Shown piece by piece: positions 24,917 to 27,448 of a stretch of 27,448 nt of DNA. The stretch's first letter is position 1. Each line of letters starts with the position of its first letter. The DNA is taken from contig JAWOBN010000021.1 in NCBI GenBank assembly GCA_046484245.1, positions 1-27,448 of the forward strand, in the 5' to 3' direction. The translations under genes were made by a program, and so were the position numbers. The notes under the pieces were generated by a model. It was not told the DNA's origin, made no database searches, and worked only from the letters and a program-made list of their open reading frames with translations. The DNA comes from a bacterium. GTDB lineage: Bacteria; Hydrothermota; 32-111.

Positions 24917-26848
24917 ATGACAACACTAAAAAATACCAATGAGCAAAGTCTGACGCAGGATTTAAAGACAGAGAGGCATTACAGTGAAGATGATCTGCTG
25001 TATTATGCGGAAAAATTCTCAATGGGAATAGACCTTGACCTGCATCCTGAGATTATGCCCGATATTCTTCCCGGGAGTTTCATGAGGCAGAGAAACATTG
25101 TGCCTGTTGAAATCAATGACAACACAATAAAAATTGCATCATCCGATCCTCTGGACTGGGAGACAATAAAGGATATTGAGTTCATAACAGGCCTCAATGC
25201 AGAGATAATCCTAACCCATCAGAGCAATATAACAGAGGCAATTGAAGAACGGATGGGAGCAGAAGACATCTATTCTGAAAATGAGGGAATTCTTGACATA
25301 GATATTCTCAGTCAGAAGGAGGATAATGTCTCTGAAATAAACAATCTTCAGGCAATAGCTGAGCAGCCCCCCATAATACGCCTGGTCAATATCATACTGA
25401 TTGAAGCAATAAGAGGCAGGACTACTGATATACACATAGAGCCGAGGAAGGACTTTGTCAATGTGCGGTTCAGAGTGGACGGGCATCTTGAAGAATATAC
25501 AAAACTCTCCAAGAAACTTTCAAGCAGTATAATATCGCGCATAAAAATAATGTCACAGCTCAATATCTCAGTGAGGAATAAACCGCAGGACGGTTCATTC
25601 ACAATAGCTGTCAATAACTCCAATGTGGATGTGAGGGTCAATACAATGCCTTCATTATACGGTGAAAAGGCTGTATTGAGGCTTCTCAATAAGGGTGATG
25701 TTAATATTGAACTGGACACTCTCGGGTTCAGCAGCCAGTCACTTCAAAGCATCAGACAGATGGTGGACAGTCCCAATGGCATCATATTTGTTTCAGGACC
25801 CACAGGAAGCGGTAAGACAACAACACTCTATTCCATAATCAATGAAATCTCTTCAGATGACACGAATATAGTGACAATAGAGGACCCCGTGGAATATAAA
25901 CTTGAAGCAGTCACACAGACGGATATATCAGGCAATCCCGACATTACATTTGCATCCGCACTGAGAGCACTTCTGAGGCAGGACCCTGATGTCATATTAC
26001 TCGGTGAGATAAGGGACGAGGAAACAGCCAATATTGCTGTTCAGGCTGCAATAACAGGACATCTTGTCCTGACGACAATCCATACCAATGATGCTGTTTC
26101 AGTAATAAACAGACTGAGGTCAATGAATATCAATCCGGACATGATATCCGATTCCATTCTGGGTATAATCGCGCAGAGGCTTGTCCGTAAATTAAATACT
26201 GACGGCCATTCAAAATACAGGGGCAGAACTGTCATTGAAGAGGTTGTAAGGTTCAACAGTCAAGTGAAGCAGATGGTTGAAGACAATGCAAAGATTCATA
26301 ATATCAAGAAATATCTGATTGCTGACGGATTCAAGACAATGCAGGAGAGCGGTCTTGATAAAGTGAAAGAGGGAATAATTGACATGGAGGAGTTGAAGAA
26401 TGTAATAGATATGCCGGATGACCAAAACAGTGATGATGAACAATCCACTGATAATAAATCTGATTCAGCGCAGGGTGACAGGAGAATCCTCATTGTTGAT
26501 GATTCACGCACAATAAGGATGATGATAAGACCTCTCCTTGAAGACAATGGTTATGAAGTAATAGAATCAGAAGACGGTTCATCGGCACTTGATCTAATCA
26601 GCCAGAAGAAATTTGATCTTGTGATCCTTGACCTGATGATGCCCGGTATAGATGGCTTTGAGGTGATAAAAAGAATAAGGGAGAGCAGTCATAACAATGA
26701 TTTAAGAGTCATAATGCTGACATCTGACAATGTAATGGAAAATGAGCTCAAGGGATTCAATCTGGGGATTGATGAATTCATTCCCAAACCCTTCATGCCT
26801 GAGAAGCTAATGGCAAGGGTCAATGCCATAATGCGCAGGATTAACTGA
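24917..26848 (+). CDS. GspE/PilB-family secretion ATPase fused to a C-terminal receiver domain
   Basis: T2SSE N-domain (IVPV..ASSDPLD), TDIHIEP, RFRVDG, Walker A GPTGSGKTTT, TIEDPVEY, LRQDPDVILLGEIRD and His box TGHLVLTTIH. An acidic linker leads to a REC domain (ILIVDDS, LDLMMPGIDG, MLTS, PKPF). RBS AAAGGAG. Confidence 0.92.
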   Translation: MTTLKNTNEQSLTQDLKTERHYSEDDLLYYAEKFSMGIDLDLHPEIMPDILPGSFMRQRNIVPVEINDNTIKIASSDPLDWETIKDIEFITGLNAEIILTHQSNITEAIEERMGAEDIYSENEGILDIDILSQKEDNVSEINNLQAIAEQPPIIRLVNIILIEAIRGRTTDIHIEPRKDFVNVRFRVDGHLEEYTKLSKKLSSSIISRIKIMSQLNISVRNKPQDGSFTIAVNNSNVDVRVNTMPSLYGEKAVLRLLNKGDVNIELDTLGFSSQSLQSIRQMVDSPNGIIFVSGPTGSGKTTTLYSIINEISSDDTNIVTIEDPVEYKLEAVTQTDISGNPDITFASALRALLRQDPDVILLGEIRDEETANIAVQAAITGHLVLTTIHTNDAVSVINRLRSMNINPDMISDSILGIIAQRLVRKLNTDGHSKYRGRTVIEEVVRFNSQVKQMVEDNAKIHNIKKYLIADGFKTMQESGLDKVKEGIIDMEELKNVIDMPDDQNSDDEQSTDNKSDSAQGDRRILIVDDSRTIRMMIRPLLEDNGYEVIESEDGSSALDLISQKKFDLVILDLMMPGIDGFEVIKRIRESSHNNDLRVIMLTSDNVMENELKGFNLGIDEFIPKPFMPEKLMARVNAIMRRIN

Positions 26849-26893
26849 CACAGGACTGCGAATAGAACCCCACCTTAATCTATAATTCCTCTG

Positions 26894-27043
26894 CCAAGCC
26901 CCAAGTACAGTAGTTGAAAATGTTGAAACTTTTAACTTTATTTATTACTATACTTAAAGGTTTTTATGGTATAATTGTGCTTCAATACGGGGCATTTAAC
27001 TCCGGAATTTTCTACGGTTTCAACTACTGTACTTGGGATTTGG
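26894..27043. repeat. 150-bp inverted-repeat-bounded element (MITE-like, second family)
   Basis: CCCAAGTACAGTAGTTGAAA (26900-26919) / TTTCAACTACTGTACTTGGG (27018-27037) form a perfect 20-bp inverted repeat, extendable to 24/26 with the outer CCAA/TTGG. Confidence 0.8.
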
Positions 27044-27253
27044 ATTCAGTTTTACAGATTACTTTTATTTTCACTACCTGCATCTGTCACCTGTTTCTAA
27101 ATCAATGAGTCTCCGTTGTAATAATGATCTCATACCTAATATTATGAAGAGTATCCTTACAACCTCGTTATTCCTGTCGTAAACTTGTCTCAAAGGTGTT
27201 CGCATAGTCTGCAGATAACATCTTAACTTTACAAGCCCCCTGATTGAATACAC

Positions 27254-27423
27254 TTACAAAGACCGGGTGTTGTTTTTGTTGCTTAAACTGCCTAAAAAAT
27301 ATTAAGTGATATTATTCATGAACTTACACGGTGTTTACCGATTTGTTATAAAATCGGTCATTATACGGGGTTTATGCGGGTTTCATGAGATAAAGCAACA
27401 AAAGCAACACCCGGTCTTAGTAA
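27254..27423 (+). mobile_element. 170-bp non-autonomous element (MITE/REPIN-like) sharing termini with the Y1 transposase element
   Basis: 31-bp inverted repeats (27254-27284 / 27393-27423, 29/31 identical). The outer 17 bp, TTACAAAGACCGGGTGT and ACACCCGGTCTTAGTAA, are identical to 1540-1556 and 2448-2464 respectively. Confidence 0.85.
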
Positions 27424-27448
27424 TAGAGAGAGAACATTTTGTAAAATA

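Noticed and set aside
26848..26857. ACACAGGACT occurring just after both the ATPase stop and the peptidase stop (11502-11511)
   Set aside because: A single 10-mer match is expected by chance in 27 kb, and the second copy has no partner arm.
26914..27108. 64-aa ORF in the terminal intergenic region
   Set aside because: TTG start without an RBS, runs through an inverted-repeat element, and has no recognisable motif.
26850..27448. CRISPR array or attC cassette array in the repeat-rich end region
   Set aside because: The repeats are inverted pairs, not regularly spaced direct repeats. There are no cas or integron-integrase genes and no cassette ORFs between the elements.

Overview
Bacterial chromosomal window, mostly about 40% GC. 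Two secreted proteins end in FlgD-Ig/T9SS-type-A-like C-terminal domains, which suggests an FCB-group or related candidate phylum (inference). The first ~475 bp are much more GC-rich and carry the 3' half of trpA, joined head-to-head to the 3' end of an unrelated gene; this is probably a chimeric junction. Next come a Cys-rich hypothetical gene and a Y1 HUH (RAYT/IS200-like) transposase gene enclosed by 46-bp imperfect terminal inverted repeats (1538-2466). These are followed by a PAS/Zn-finger protein, a hybrid PAS-GAF histidine kinase, a large S8 peptidase and tRNA(CAT), probably Ile2. A ~13-kb translationally coupled operon follows: aminotransferase, obgE, dprA, scpB, rluB-like, Na/Pi cotransporter, RmlC-like cupin, yhhQ, histidine kinase, receiver protein, degenerate-GGDEF/EAL protein, mutL, miaA. 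Last is an orphan GspE/PilB ATPase fused to a receiver domain and lacking the Zn-binding motif. The top finding is a 170-bp non-coding element at 27254-27423 that carries the same 17-bp asymmetric termini as the transposase-flanking repeats but its own self-complementary inner arms, i.e. a candidate autonomous/non-autonomous pair. A second, unrelated inverted-repeat element lies beside it (26894-27043). No CRISPR array or rRNA was seen.
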